Assembly: GCF_036321535.1 (NCBI RefSeq)
Contig: NC_087459.1
Coordinates: 8,494,001-8,558,000, forward strand
DNA length: 64,000 nt
Source of the DNA: Camelus dromedarius
Taxonomy: Eukaryota
Direction: 5' to 3'
Both the position numbers and the translations under genes were made by a program. Shown piece by piece: positions 1 through 11,024 of this stretch. The notes under the pieces were generated by a model. The model made no database searches, had not been told where the DNA came from, and saw only the letters and a program-made list of their open reading frames with translations. Each line of letters opens with the position of its first letter. The first letter of the stretch is position 1.

Positions 1-858
1 AATGCAAAAAGGCTGTAACTGGAGCAGGTTTGGGGGTGACCTGGACTCAGCTTTTGGGCCTTCCTGGATCTTCGCAGCCATACCTGCTCCTAGGCCTTGG
101 CTCCTGGCTTCCCAGCTGGAATGGCCCAGCAACAGTGTGCCCCATCCCTGTGGTTGTAAAGCTCTGGTCACCTCTCTCCATGGTGTCTCAGCTTCTCCCT
201 GGGCAGGTGCCAACATTTGGCACAGTCTCCTCGGCACCTTTACCCCACTGGCCCCATGGGGGTGCTGGTTTCTGCAGGGCCAGGTGATGCAAAGAAATAG
301 GCAGGGAGCCACCAGCAAAGGAGTCACGGCTCTTTCCTTCCCTAGCACAGAGCTTCTCTCTGGCTTTTCCCAAGTCGCCTGTATGCCGGGAGCCAGCAAA
401 GCTGTGGGAGCTCAGGAGCACCATCTGTATTTGCTCTCCCTCCTTCCCTGCCTCGCCTCCCTTTTTCCCTAACCCTGGCTCCCCCGAAGCTTCACTGCCC
501 ATTAAAACTCTTACTTGGCTGCAGACTCGGTTTTCTAGGGCCTCTAGGCTAAGACAAGTGGGATTCTAATTTAAGGGAAGGTTCTGGCTCCAGCTGTCAG
601 CACAGAGACGAAAGGAGTGGACACAGAGCAGGGAGAAGAGACCCAGGACCATGCCCTGGGACCCCTAAGGTTCAGAGGTCACAGATTGAACAAGAGGAGG
701 GAACTGAGAAGGGGTGACAAGAAAGGGCCCAGGAAGTTGGAGGAACACGAGGAGAGGGTGACATGGGCAGTATTCCCAAGAGGACAGGGACAGGATGCAG
801 TGCCTGAATTGCCCCAGAACTAAAAGGAGCAGTGACAGCTGGAAGTGGAAGTGGCCTT

Positions 859-897
859 AAGAATGGAGGTTTTGAAAAAAAAAAAGAATGGAGGTTT
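859..897 (+). repeat. 14-bp direct duplication flanking a short poly(A)
   Basis: aagaatggaggttt (859-872) + tg(A)9 + aagaatggaggttt (884-897). Confidence 0.85.
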
Positions 898-1109
898 GTT
901 TTTGAGTTACAAGAAGGTAGCACGTTTATGCACTGATGTAAATGATCAAGTAAAAGGGAGAACAAATTATGCGTGGGACCAAGAGGGGGGACTGTCACTG
1001 ACAGGCGAGAGGTGATGGGATTGGATGTACAGTGTAATGGAGTTGACCAGTGGATGGCCACATCTGGGATAACAGGTACCACTGTCCACACCACCCAGAT
1101 GGCATGGTT

Positions 1110-1250
1110 GGGAACTGGGTTTGAATCCCAACCCTTTACTTTCCATGATCAAGGACCTCAAACAGCCTGCCTATTAACCAAACTATGGGGGTAAAACAGT
1201 CCCTACCTCTGCAGGTTGTGGTGAAACGCCTGGCATTAAATGTTCAACCA
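1110..1250 (+). mobile_element. MIR fragment
   Basis: tgggtttgaatccc...cctacctctgcaggttgtggtga. Confidence 0.45.
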
Positions 1251-1989
1251 TTGCAGACTTTTCTATGCCTTAGACAGAAATGGGAGTAATCTGGGCCCCT
1301 GCTGGCTGGCTGGAAGGAACATGAAGGAAGGAACCCTTATCTAACAGGGGCTGGGCGATGTGTGGAAGAGACCTAGTAAGTACATGGGGCAGCTAGGCAC
1401 CAGCTCTGCCAAACTCCCCATCTCTGATGCTTCAGCCCACTCCTTGGCCCCAAACTAAATACGTCAGCCAATGGTCAGTTGAGGAGGCCCAGGAGTGCGG
1501 AGGGTTCTGTGAGCACCCTTGGAATGACAACATCCAGCCACAGGAAAAGAGCAGAGATGCCCCACCTCCCACCCATGCTGGCCTGTAGACTCTGCCTTCC
1601 TGGACAAGGGCCTCTGGGGGCAGAAGCCATTCTCCCTCCCTGTTGGGAAGGCTAGAGTCCTCTGAATGAGAAGCTAGGGTGTAGTGGGAAGTCATGGGAA
1701 AGGCCCCAGTAACCTACCTCTGGTCTACAGGGACCAGGGCCAGGAAGCTGGGTCCCTTTCTCTGAGGGCTGTAGGGGAAGACTTTGGGGCCCTTGGGCCT
1801 GTTTTACCTCCTGACACAATCAGAAAGGGCCCTGCTCAGAGGAGCGGGGCCATGTCAGTCTGTCTATCCACGTGGCTACAGCAAAGCCTGAGCCCAGTGT
1901 CTGCCTGCCTTGCTGACTCCTGACTACTTGTGAGGGGCAGAGGGGGATCCAGCCCCTTGACCCTGCCGCCTGATGGGGACCTGGGGCCT

Positions 1990-2620
1990 GGACCCTGGTC
2001 CTGCGGTGAGAGTGGGGTGTGGAAGGTGGGTGGGGCAGAGAGAGGGGAGTGTTCCAGCTCGGTGCGCGTGGACCAGTGGGGGGGACGCGGGCTCGGTTCC
2101 GCCCTGCGCGCCCCCGCAGCGGCTGGCGCGCGCTCCCGGGAGGCAGCGGTGATAGCGGCAGACGGGCAGCATCGGCAGCATCGGCAGCAGCCCCAGGGAG
2201 CCTCGGGCGGGGCCGGCCTGACCGACAGACGGACAGAGGGCGCCAGGAGCGCGCGGCCCGCCCGGGCTGGCTATGGAGGGAGCCTCATTCGGCGCGGGCC
2301 GCGCGGGGGCCGCCCTGGACCCTGTGAGCTTCGCTAGGCGGCCCCAGACCCTGCTGCGGGTCGCGTCCTGGGTGAGTGCCCCCGGCCCCAGCCCCTGCCC
2401 CACCCAATACCCCATCCCACCTGGCCTCGCATCCCTAGTTCCGACCACCTCTCCATCGCCCCTGTCCCTCGCCCCCATCCTCATCCTTGCCGGCCCCTCC
2501 CCCGCCGGCCGCAGGTTGGGGTGACGTCACCAGGCAGGGCGCGCCCACCTGCAGGCGGGGGAGGGGCCGGCGGCGACAGCTGGAGACCTTGAGAGGTCAC
2601 TGCCCGCGGCACCCACCTCC
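1990..2620 (+). promoter_or_regulatory. SYNGR3: SYNGR3 CpG-island promoter and exon 1, with CRE in intron 1
   Basis: CpG-rich segment around the ATG at 2273. TGACGTCA at 2522-2529. Confidence 0.7.
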
Positions 2621-5050
2621 CAATTCCTCCTTAGGTCTAACTCAGTCCCCTTCCTCAGCTGTCGCTCCGTTTTTCCTGTGCTCACGCCCTGGAAGTGGGC
2701 ACAGGAGTGGGGACAGAATTAACAGAGGGGTTTGGGCGCCCAGCCTCAGCATGAGAAGGGGCTCCCGGAGCAGAGAGGATCAGACAGCCTCCTCCCGCCT
2801 CTCCTGCTCACACATCCTCCAGGCTCCTTCCAAGAGAGCTGGCCCTTTCCAGCACCCCTAGTTGCAACTGTGAGTTGCTTTCTCAGAGGGGCAGCCAGAA
2901 GGAGTTCTACATTGGGAGGGGCCGATTTGGGAGCAGCCTAGCCTACTGGGGTAACCCTAGGCCTGGTGGCCTGCTCCTCCTGGCTGGAGAGATGGGAGAT
3001 GTAATGCTGAGTTCTGGGTTTTGTCCAGCGGGTGGCGGCACCTCCTCACCTATCTTCCAGGAGGAGGCCAGTGATCAGGGTGGGGCAGGGGCCTTGGCCT
3101 TCTGCGTAGAGTGACTCTGGCCAGACCAAAAAGTAGGAACCCTACATTCTGGTCCCAGATCTGATTCAACTTGTGGACCAATCAGGGGGAACATGTCTAT
3201 ATCTTGCACCTTGGTTCGCCTCTTGACTCAGTCTCTAGGAGCTGGGGTGGGAAAGAAATGAAGTTGAAACTGGAGTTTTGTTTTTAGAAACATAGGGCTG
3301 CCCAGAGCTAAAAAAGCAGCATCTGGTTTAAAAGGACTGTGGTCCACCTTCTATTTACCTTCCAGCCATCACAGACACACGGCCCTCAGGTTTGTCTGAA
3401 CCCCAGGAGCCAACAGTGTCACCTTTTGAGCCGATACTCTTATGGATGATATTAATCACAGTCCCCAGCACACCATGAGTTGTGCTTGTTACCACATTTG
3501 GCATGCTAGGAAACAGGACCTCACAGCTCTTAAATGCTGAGAGCAGGTTCCAGTGAGGTCCCGCTGACACCTCTGTGCAGCAGTCCCTCTGGTGGCCCCC
3601 TCTATGCTCTGGCCCCTCTGGACCCACTGGCCCCACTCCACATCTACTTTCCTGGGCTCCACTGACTCAAGCTTGGGAATCACTGGTCCAGATGAAAGTT
3701 CCTGTCCCCACACTCTGAAGTGGGCCATGGGAGACACTAAAGGCTCCACAAGGTGCGGAGGACCCAGCTTGAACATCCGCCCTGGCTCTTATCAGCCATG
3801 CGATCCTGGACAAATCACTTTACCTGTTGGAGTCTGTTTCCCCATTATCCCCAGGATAAGAACAATGTCACCCTCATGGTTTTTGCAGAGGATTCCATGA
3901 GCAAAGGCACATAGACATTTTTAGCACAACACTTGGGTATAGTAGTTGCTCACTAAATGGTACACGTCGTCCATAGTTACTAAATACCGTAGGTATTAAG
4001 GGAGGGGTCTTGAAGACCTCCACCCAGAGATGGACCCTGTGCTTCAGGGGAACGCAGGGACACACCCGACGGCGTTGGCGTTCACGCTGGGCTAGAAAAT
4101 CTCAGGCCTCTGTGGGGAGGGGGCCATCTCAGGGCCCTGAGCGCCTCCTGCCACCCTCCCCCGGCCCATAGGTGTTCTCCATCGCCGTCTTCGGGCCCAT
4201 AATCAACGAGGGCTACGTGAACGCCGACAGCGGCCCGGAGCTGCGCTGTGTCTTCAACGGGAACGCGGGAGCCTGCCGCTTCGGCGTCGTGCTAGGCCTG
4301 GGGGCCTTCCTCGCCTGCGCCGCCTTCCTGCTGCTGGACCTGCGTTTCCAGCAGATCAGCAGCGTCCGCGACCGTCGCCGCGCAGTGCTGCTCGACCTGG
4401 GCTTCTCAGGTGGGCGGGACCGGACCAGGAGGGGCGGGCCTGGGGGGCGGCGTGGGGCCACAGGGAGGGTGTTGTGTTCTCAGCCCAGTGTGGCTGGGAC
4501 CCGTCCGGTCCCGGCGGGGCGGGGCCTCCGTTCGGCGGATACTTCTTTCCCGCGTAGCTGGGCGGGGTCCTTCTTGAAACCCCCCCGCCCCGTGACCCGC
4601 TGGTTCCTCCGCAGGGCTCTGGTCCTTCCTGTGGTTCGTGGGCTTCTGTTTCCTCACCAACCAGTGGCAGCACACGGCGTCCGGGCCGGGCACGACGCAG
4701 GCAGGAGACGCGGCGCGGGCCGCCATCGCCTTCAGCTTCTTCTCCATCCTCAGCTGGGTGAGTGTGGTCGGCGGGCCGCAGGCGGCAGGGCCTGGGGCCG
4801 GGGCAGGGTCGGCTCTAGCTGACCCTGGACTCCCCTTTAGGTGGCGCTTACTGTGAAGGCCCTGCAGCGGTTCCGCCTGGGCACCGACATGTCGCTCTTT
4901 GCCACCGAACAGCTGAGCACTGGGGCAGGCCAGGCGTACCCAGGCTACCCGGTTGGCAGCGGCGTAGAGGGCACTGAGACCTACCAGAGCCCGCCTTTCA
5001 CCGAGACCCTGGACACCAGCCCCAAAGGGTACCAGGTGCCTGCCTACTAG
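2273..5050 (+). CDS. SYNGR3: Synaptogyrin-3 (MARVEL-domain synaptic vesicle protein), 4 coding exons, 229 aa
   Basis: Exons 2273-2371, 4172-4409, 4615-4757, 4841-5050, all GT-AG, total 690 nt. Translation runs MEGASFGAGRAGAALDPVSFARRPQTLLRVASW...SPKGYQVPAY*, which I recognise as SYNGR3. Confidence 0.98.
3770..3960 (+). mobile_element. MIR fragment
   Basis: ggacaaatcactttacc...tctgtttcccc...ctcatggttttt...gcacatagacatttttagcac. Confidence 0.5.
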
Positions 5051-6297
5051 TGGTGGTCAGGCCCAGACCAAGGCGCGAAGGCAGCCCCACCAGCTCAGAG
5101 CCCAAGGCCTCCTGGACCTCTCTCGGGTCCTCCTAGCCCAGCAGCAGGGTGTGGCCAGTGTGAGCCGTCTGGGGCCAAGAGAGGGTAGCCTCCAGGGTGC
5201 TTAGGCTATCCCCTACAAGCTCCTCCCATCCCTTTAGTCCGCAGTCCAGGGCCTGACGTCCTGAGGAGGGCATAGCACAGCCCTAGGCACAGCCTCCAGT
5301 GGACCAGCCTAGGCAGGGGGCCATGCCTTTCAGGAGCCAGCCAGCCTGGGGCTTACCTGTCCACCCTGGGCTCAGGGGTGCAGCTGCCCTCCATAGCCAG
5401 GTGCAGGGGCTGCCCCAGACTGAGGGTGACTAGAGGAAGGGACACTGCCCCAACTCCGTGGCCTGGTAAGCATGGCCACTGTTCCCCGTCCCGTGTCCCT
5501 GTGGTTAATGATGGTCCTTGCTCTCTCCTGGTGGGTCACCCTGGAGGGCCACGTGCTCTGTCTGGAGCCTCCCTCCATTTCCTCTCACACAGGCGCACTA
5601 GACTATGCTGGCCTTGTTGATGTCGTGGTTGTGGTTAAGTCTTCAGGTTTCACCTTGTAGTTCCCCACAAGCAGCCCCTCTGTCTGTGGCCCCTGCTCCA
5701 GCCCTTACCTGCCTTGGCCCAGGCCCCTACTGGGGTGTGGGCAGCCCTACCCAGGAAAGCACAACATGGCTGTAGGCCTGGGCACCAGCCCTCTCCCAGC
5801 CCTTTGATAAGACCTTGCCCGTGGGAGGCTTAAGACACTTGGGTGCCTGGCAAGACACACCCCTCATGAGGAGAGAGGCCAAGAGGCTCCACCTGCCTAC
5901 CACGCCCTGGAGACGGCCATTCCGTGCAAACCCCTGTACCTTGGCTTCCTGGACTAGTCCCTCAACTCCCCACTCTGCACCCCATTTTAAGGCCCAGCCT
6001 GAGGTTGCAGGTCCCTCTGCATAGCTGAGTACTCATGCATTGCTCAAAGCTGGCTTTTCACATTAAGTCAATACCAAATGCGGTTGCCACATTTCATTCT
6101 TTACAGACAGACGCCTCCCTCTGGAGTTGCAGTTGAGTGACAACGCTGTACATTGTAGCATAGACCAATTATGTGTGGATATTTAAGTGAACATGTTTAC
6201 AATTTTTGTATATATGACACTTTTCCTCTCTCTTCTGAAAGAACAATCCGTGATTGTGTATTTTCAGTGTCCCATGTTCCAACTGCAACTTCTTTAC

Positions 6298-6303
6298 AAT
6301 AAA
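6298..6303 (+). terminator. SYNGR3: SYNGR3 poly(A) signal AATAAA
   Basis: AATAAA at the end of an AT-rich 3'UTR block (~6040-6310) that also contains a Pumilio-type TGTATATA at 6207-6214. Confidence 0.75.
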
Positions 6304-6699
6304 GACTGTAAATGAGTTTATCGTGGCCCAGACACTCTTGGAATCATTTCTACTCCGGCCCTTCCAGTGCCAGAGGTTGGAACCTGAGGGGCACCAGGGC
6401 CCAGAATCCAGAAAGGGGCAGGGAGGTGGCTAGGCTGACACTCATATTGGAGAGTGCTGGTAAAAGTGGTCATGATTTCTTCAAATGTCCCCTTCTCATT
6501 ACTTTCTGCTCCTGGGACCGCCATCAGGTGTACCACACAGAGTCCAGAGCCACATTCCACGGTTAACTCCTTTTTGGAGATTACCCCAGCTTGGTCTTGT
6601 TTACTTTTGAACCATCTATTGGAATTTTTATCTTTTTCATTTCTAAAACTTATTGGTTAGCAACCTCCTGGATGAACGAAGCAGATAAGCACCATCTCT

Positions 6700-6885
6700 G
6701 GAGCTGGAATGCTGGTTTGGCGACATTCAAACTTGGTCTTTGGGGGCGAGTCTCTCAACTTGCCTGTGCCTCTGGTTTCTCTTCTGTAAAACAAAGATAA
6801 CGGTAGTTCCTATCACACATGGTGGGGTGAGGGTTAGCATTAACACGTGTAGAGCTCAGAGCAGTGCTTGTCACACAGCAAGCTT
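6700..6885 (+). mobile_element. MIR
   Basis: MIR core (ctgtgcctc...tctgtaaaa...gtgagggttag) and 3' end. Confidence 0.65.
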
Positions 6886-7764
6886 TACTTCCGTGTTGCC
6901 TGGTATTATGAATTGTGCTTCTTTAAGAACAGGTATTTTCAATATTGTTAATGAGAGAGCCTATTTTTCAGGTTACTCTTCTGAGAGCCTTCTTGTGTGT
7001 GGTGGGGAATGCAGGTGGCCATGGAGAGTGAAGATGGTGAAGGCTTTCCTCTCCTGGTGGGCCCTGGGCCTGGCCATCACCCAGGGACTCACTCCAGCCC
7101 AGCCACAGGCAGGCAGGTAGCATCATCCAGGTCCTTGACTTCAGACAGTGCCAATGCAGCCATGTGGCCCCTCTGCGGGCCACTGGCCAGGTCCCCTTCT
7201 TCACCATGGGCACTCCTTCTTCCTTTAAAAAAGAATTTAGATGGGGCTCTGTTTAGACCTTTTCTTCCACTATTTACATGTATGGCAGAAAGGAGAGATT
7301 TCAGTGCGTGTCTGGTCCCCTTCCAAAATACTAGATCCAAATAATTAAGTACAAATTATTTTCTTTCAGTATTTCAGATATGCCCTGCACTGTTTCTAAA
7401 TTGTTCTTGTTGGAGTTTATCTTTAGTAGCCCTTTCACTGGTCTATGGCTGTATCCTTGAGTCTGTGACTCTCACGTTCTGAATGGGTGGTTTTACTGGG
7501 TATACAGTATAGGTCGAGCAGGGCTGTGTCATCTCCTGGAAGGCTTGGGCAGTGCTGGACCTCCAGGACCCCAGCCCACAGTTGGCTGCTGCTTCCTGTG
7601 AGTAAAGCCTGGCTGCCCAGCTCACCCCACATCTTCCCTGCCCCCGCGCTCACTGGTGACCACCTGAGCTGTGGCATCTGATGACTCTGAGTCCCCCTGG
7701 CTGTGGGGTGACCCCGGGAGGCAGAGAAGCTCAGAACACTAGCTCTGCATTATTGCAAAATAAA

Positions 7765-7770
7765 TTTATT
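7765..7770 (-). terminator. ZNF598: ZNF598 poly(A) signal
   Basis: TTTATT on + (AATAAA on -), ~560 nt past the stop, at the end of an AT-rich 3'UTR block. Confidence 0.75.
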
Positions 7771-8330
7771 TGAAGATAAATTGTCTTATAAAAGGTCAGA
7801 GGCAATTTGAGATCCCAGATTCAGCTCGTCTCGTAAAAAGATTCAACGTCAAGTAGCACGATTTCGTGTCTGCTTTTAATCCTGAACATTCTTGAATCAT
7901 GAAACATTCAACTGTTTACACAACACACTCAACATCTGACTCCACCACCAGTGGACCCACAGCTTCTGGCTCAGGGACCATGATGCTACAGCCCTCAGGC
8001 TCAGGAGGTCCCAAATCAGGCCACCGTGGCCACTCACTCTGACACCACAGACAGGTCCCGGCGTCCTGGCCCTTCCCAAAGCATGAGAATAACCCAGACC
8101 GGCCTGCTGCTAAGGCAGGGGCCTTCCCCAGTTCCCAGGAGAAAACCAGATGGACTCCTGCGTGATGGTGTGCTGACAGGGTGGGGTGGGCCTTCCTGGT
8201 GACCCCTGGGGGGCTGGTCAGCTGCGGGACCTGAACAGGTGGCCTCACCTGGCTGCTTGGCAGCCCAGGGGGAGAAGGAAGGAGAAAGGAGGCTCATGAG
8301 TATGGCAACTTCTGCCCACACTGGCGGGAG

Positions 8331-10962
8331 CTACGTGAGGATCCTGGCAATGGCTTGCAGGGAGGGGAAGTCATCATCCCGGGCGGCGTGCAGCGCCTGG
8401 TGGCTCCTGACATCACCGTGCGCGAGCACCTGCTGGCAGGTGGGGCACACGCAGCAGTCCAGGCCCGTCTGCCGGGTGCTGGCCTGCCACGCATTCTTCT
8501 TGTTCTTCTTGGCCTTGGTGCCGGGAGGCCTCTCTTGGCCTCGGAAGTCCGTGTGCGCAGACAGCAGCTCCTGCTGCTTGGCCGTGTCGGGCAGGAGCAC
8601 CAGCAGCTCATTGAAGATCTTCTGGAAGTTCTCCCCGAGCAGGTCCCGGCAGCTCTTGTAATACTGGGCTGCGGAGATCACACCCTGCCACCCAGAGCAG
8701 ACCAGTCACACCTGGCCCAGGCCTGGGCCCCAGGTGGCTAGGCTGGCCCCCCACAACCCCGCCTGCCTAACCTGTCTAAATTCCCCCGAGTGGCTCTTGA
8801 ATTTGTTGAAGCGGGCCTCATCGCTCTGCAGGAAGTCCTTGATAGACTGGATGAGCTGCAGGTTCCTCTCCCGGAAGTTCTCAGGGACCAGGTAGGCCCG
8901 TGGCATGGATGTCAGCCTAGGTCTGGGGTCAGGAGATGGGGAGGAGGTGGAGGCTTCAGCCTTTGGGGTGGCCCAAGGTGAAAGCACTCCCCTAGGGGCA
9001 CCAGGCCAGGCGGCCCACCCTCACTCACGCTTTTGTGGTGGTGGTAGTGCTGGGGACGCAGGCTGGGTGGGGGCTGGGCAGAAGGCCGGAGAAGCCAGGG
9101 GGCGGCTTGCTGATTGGGGGCACGAGACCTGGCGGAGGCGGGGGTGGAGTGCCCTTCAGAAGCACCACAGTGTTGAAGCCTATGGCAGGGTGAGCACAGG
9201 AAGATCCCAGGACGTGACTCTCACTGGCCAGGCACAGCCAGGCCTTGGTTCCCCACCTCCCATCTCATCAGGGTCAGGCTTCATCCATGACCCACCTCCG
9301 CCATGGAGCAGGCCTGGGACCTGATGATGCCAGGTGCTGGCACATAAACTGTGCTCCCTCATGGCAAATCCTGTCTAAGTTAACTCACTTAAACCCATCT
9401 CAAGAGGATGCTAAGATTGCCCTGATTTATGGGGAGGAAAAGGATGCAGAGAAGTCAAGTGGTGAACCGAGATCACGTCACTTACAGACGCGGAGCCTGG
9501 CTTCTAAGGCAGCTGGAAACCACTGCAGAAGCTTACCTCTTCCTTCCTGCACCTGCACCTGCACCACAGAACCTCTAGCTGTGCTCCTCGTGGGCCTGGA
9601 GGGCTCCAGCCTGACTCTGCTACTCTGACCTCTTCCCAGATGCCGAAAAGCAAGCCTGAGGCAGGTACACATACCTGGGGGCGGGGGCATCCTGGGCGGG
9701 CAGGGGCCGCCGAGCGCTGGGAAGTCTTCCTGGGGTGTGGGGCAAGGGAGGGGCCCCTGGGGCTTTGGAAGCCCAGGGGGTTCCTTGGGAGTGCTCCGAG
9801 CTGGGACCGGCCCCTCTGTGTGTCCATTGACGACGACACCAACTGGCCCCTCAGCCCTGCCAGTGGGGGCTGTGGGGGCCTGCTCAGCCCCAGGGGACCC
9901 GTCTTTGTCAGAGGGCAGTGGCGGAGGGGATGCGGCACCTGGCTTCTCAGAGCCCACTTTCTTCTTTTTGCCAACCTTGGTGAAGGTCTGGGTGGAGGCC
10001 AGTGCCAGCAGGGAGGAGACGGTGACTGTTGTGGGCACGCTCCGCAGCTCCTGGGCGGTGAGGCCAGTGCGGCCATCCTCCTCCTCCTCCACCAGGGGCG
10101 GCCCACCCTTTTTGCCACCCTTGCCCCCCTTCCCAGCCTTCCTGGAGGGCTGGCTGCTCCCACCAGCAGACTGGGCCCCAGTGGTGGGATGTGCCACTTT
10201 CTTGCTGCCACTGCTGTTCCAGGCAGAGATGAGGCTGGTGGGGGCAGCGGTGGGCTTGGAAGCAGAGGACACCAGGGCAGGGAAGTCGTCCTCCTGGAAG
10301 GTGCTCCTACCCCTGCTGGGAACCGCATACGCCAGCGGCAGCCCCACGGGGCCCAGGGCTGCTGCAGTGGAGGAGGAGGAGGAAGCAGAGGCACAGAGAC
10401 TGGGAAAGTCTTCATCCTTGAGCTTCGAAGTTGGGGGTGGGAGAGTGCTGAGCCGAGGAACGGGAGAAGGTTCAGTGGCTTGCTGGTCCCTGGCCTGCCC
10501 CACACTCACCCTCTATAGGAGTCCGGCACCCTCACCCCGGTTTGCGCACACGTGTACCTTGGAAGTGCGGTCCCTGCAGCCAAGCCGGTTGCTGGGAAGG
10601 CCTCTTGGCTCACAGGACCGTTTGTCGAGGATTCTTTGGGGCCTGCGAGACACAAAAGAACCCTATGTCAGACGAATCAATGTTGAAGGCAAGATCAGGC
10701 CCCGCAGAGTGACCAGAGAGCATGTGGGTTCTTGTCCACTTTCTGGGTGGGGACCCTGCCAGTCTGGGCACCACGCTCGGCAAGAGGCTGCCTCAGGCCT
10801 CTCAGGCCAGAGCAGAGACACCTGCAAGGAAGGCCCACTCACCTGGGCCTTCGCCCTGAGTCCGGGGTGGACGCCGGGGGCCCCGGGGCTCCTCAGGCCC
10901 CCGCACCACTGCCTCCTCCTTTCTGGGCCTGGTGCCCTCCACCTGGTCCTCGCTCCTGCGTG

Positions 10963-11024
<62 letters not shown>

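Noticed and set aside
2160-2245. REST/RE1 element expected for neuronal SYNGR3
   Set aside because: Only half-site-like fragments (CAGCATC, GGACAG) are present, without correct spacing.
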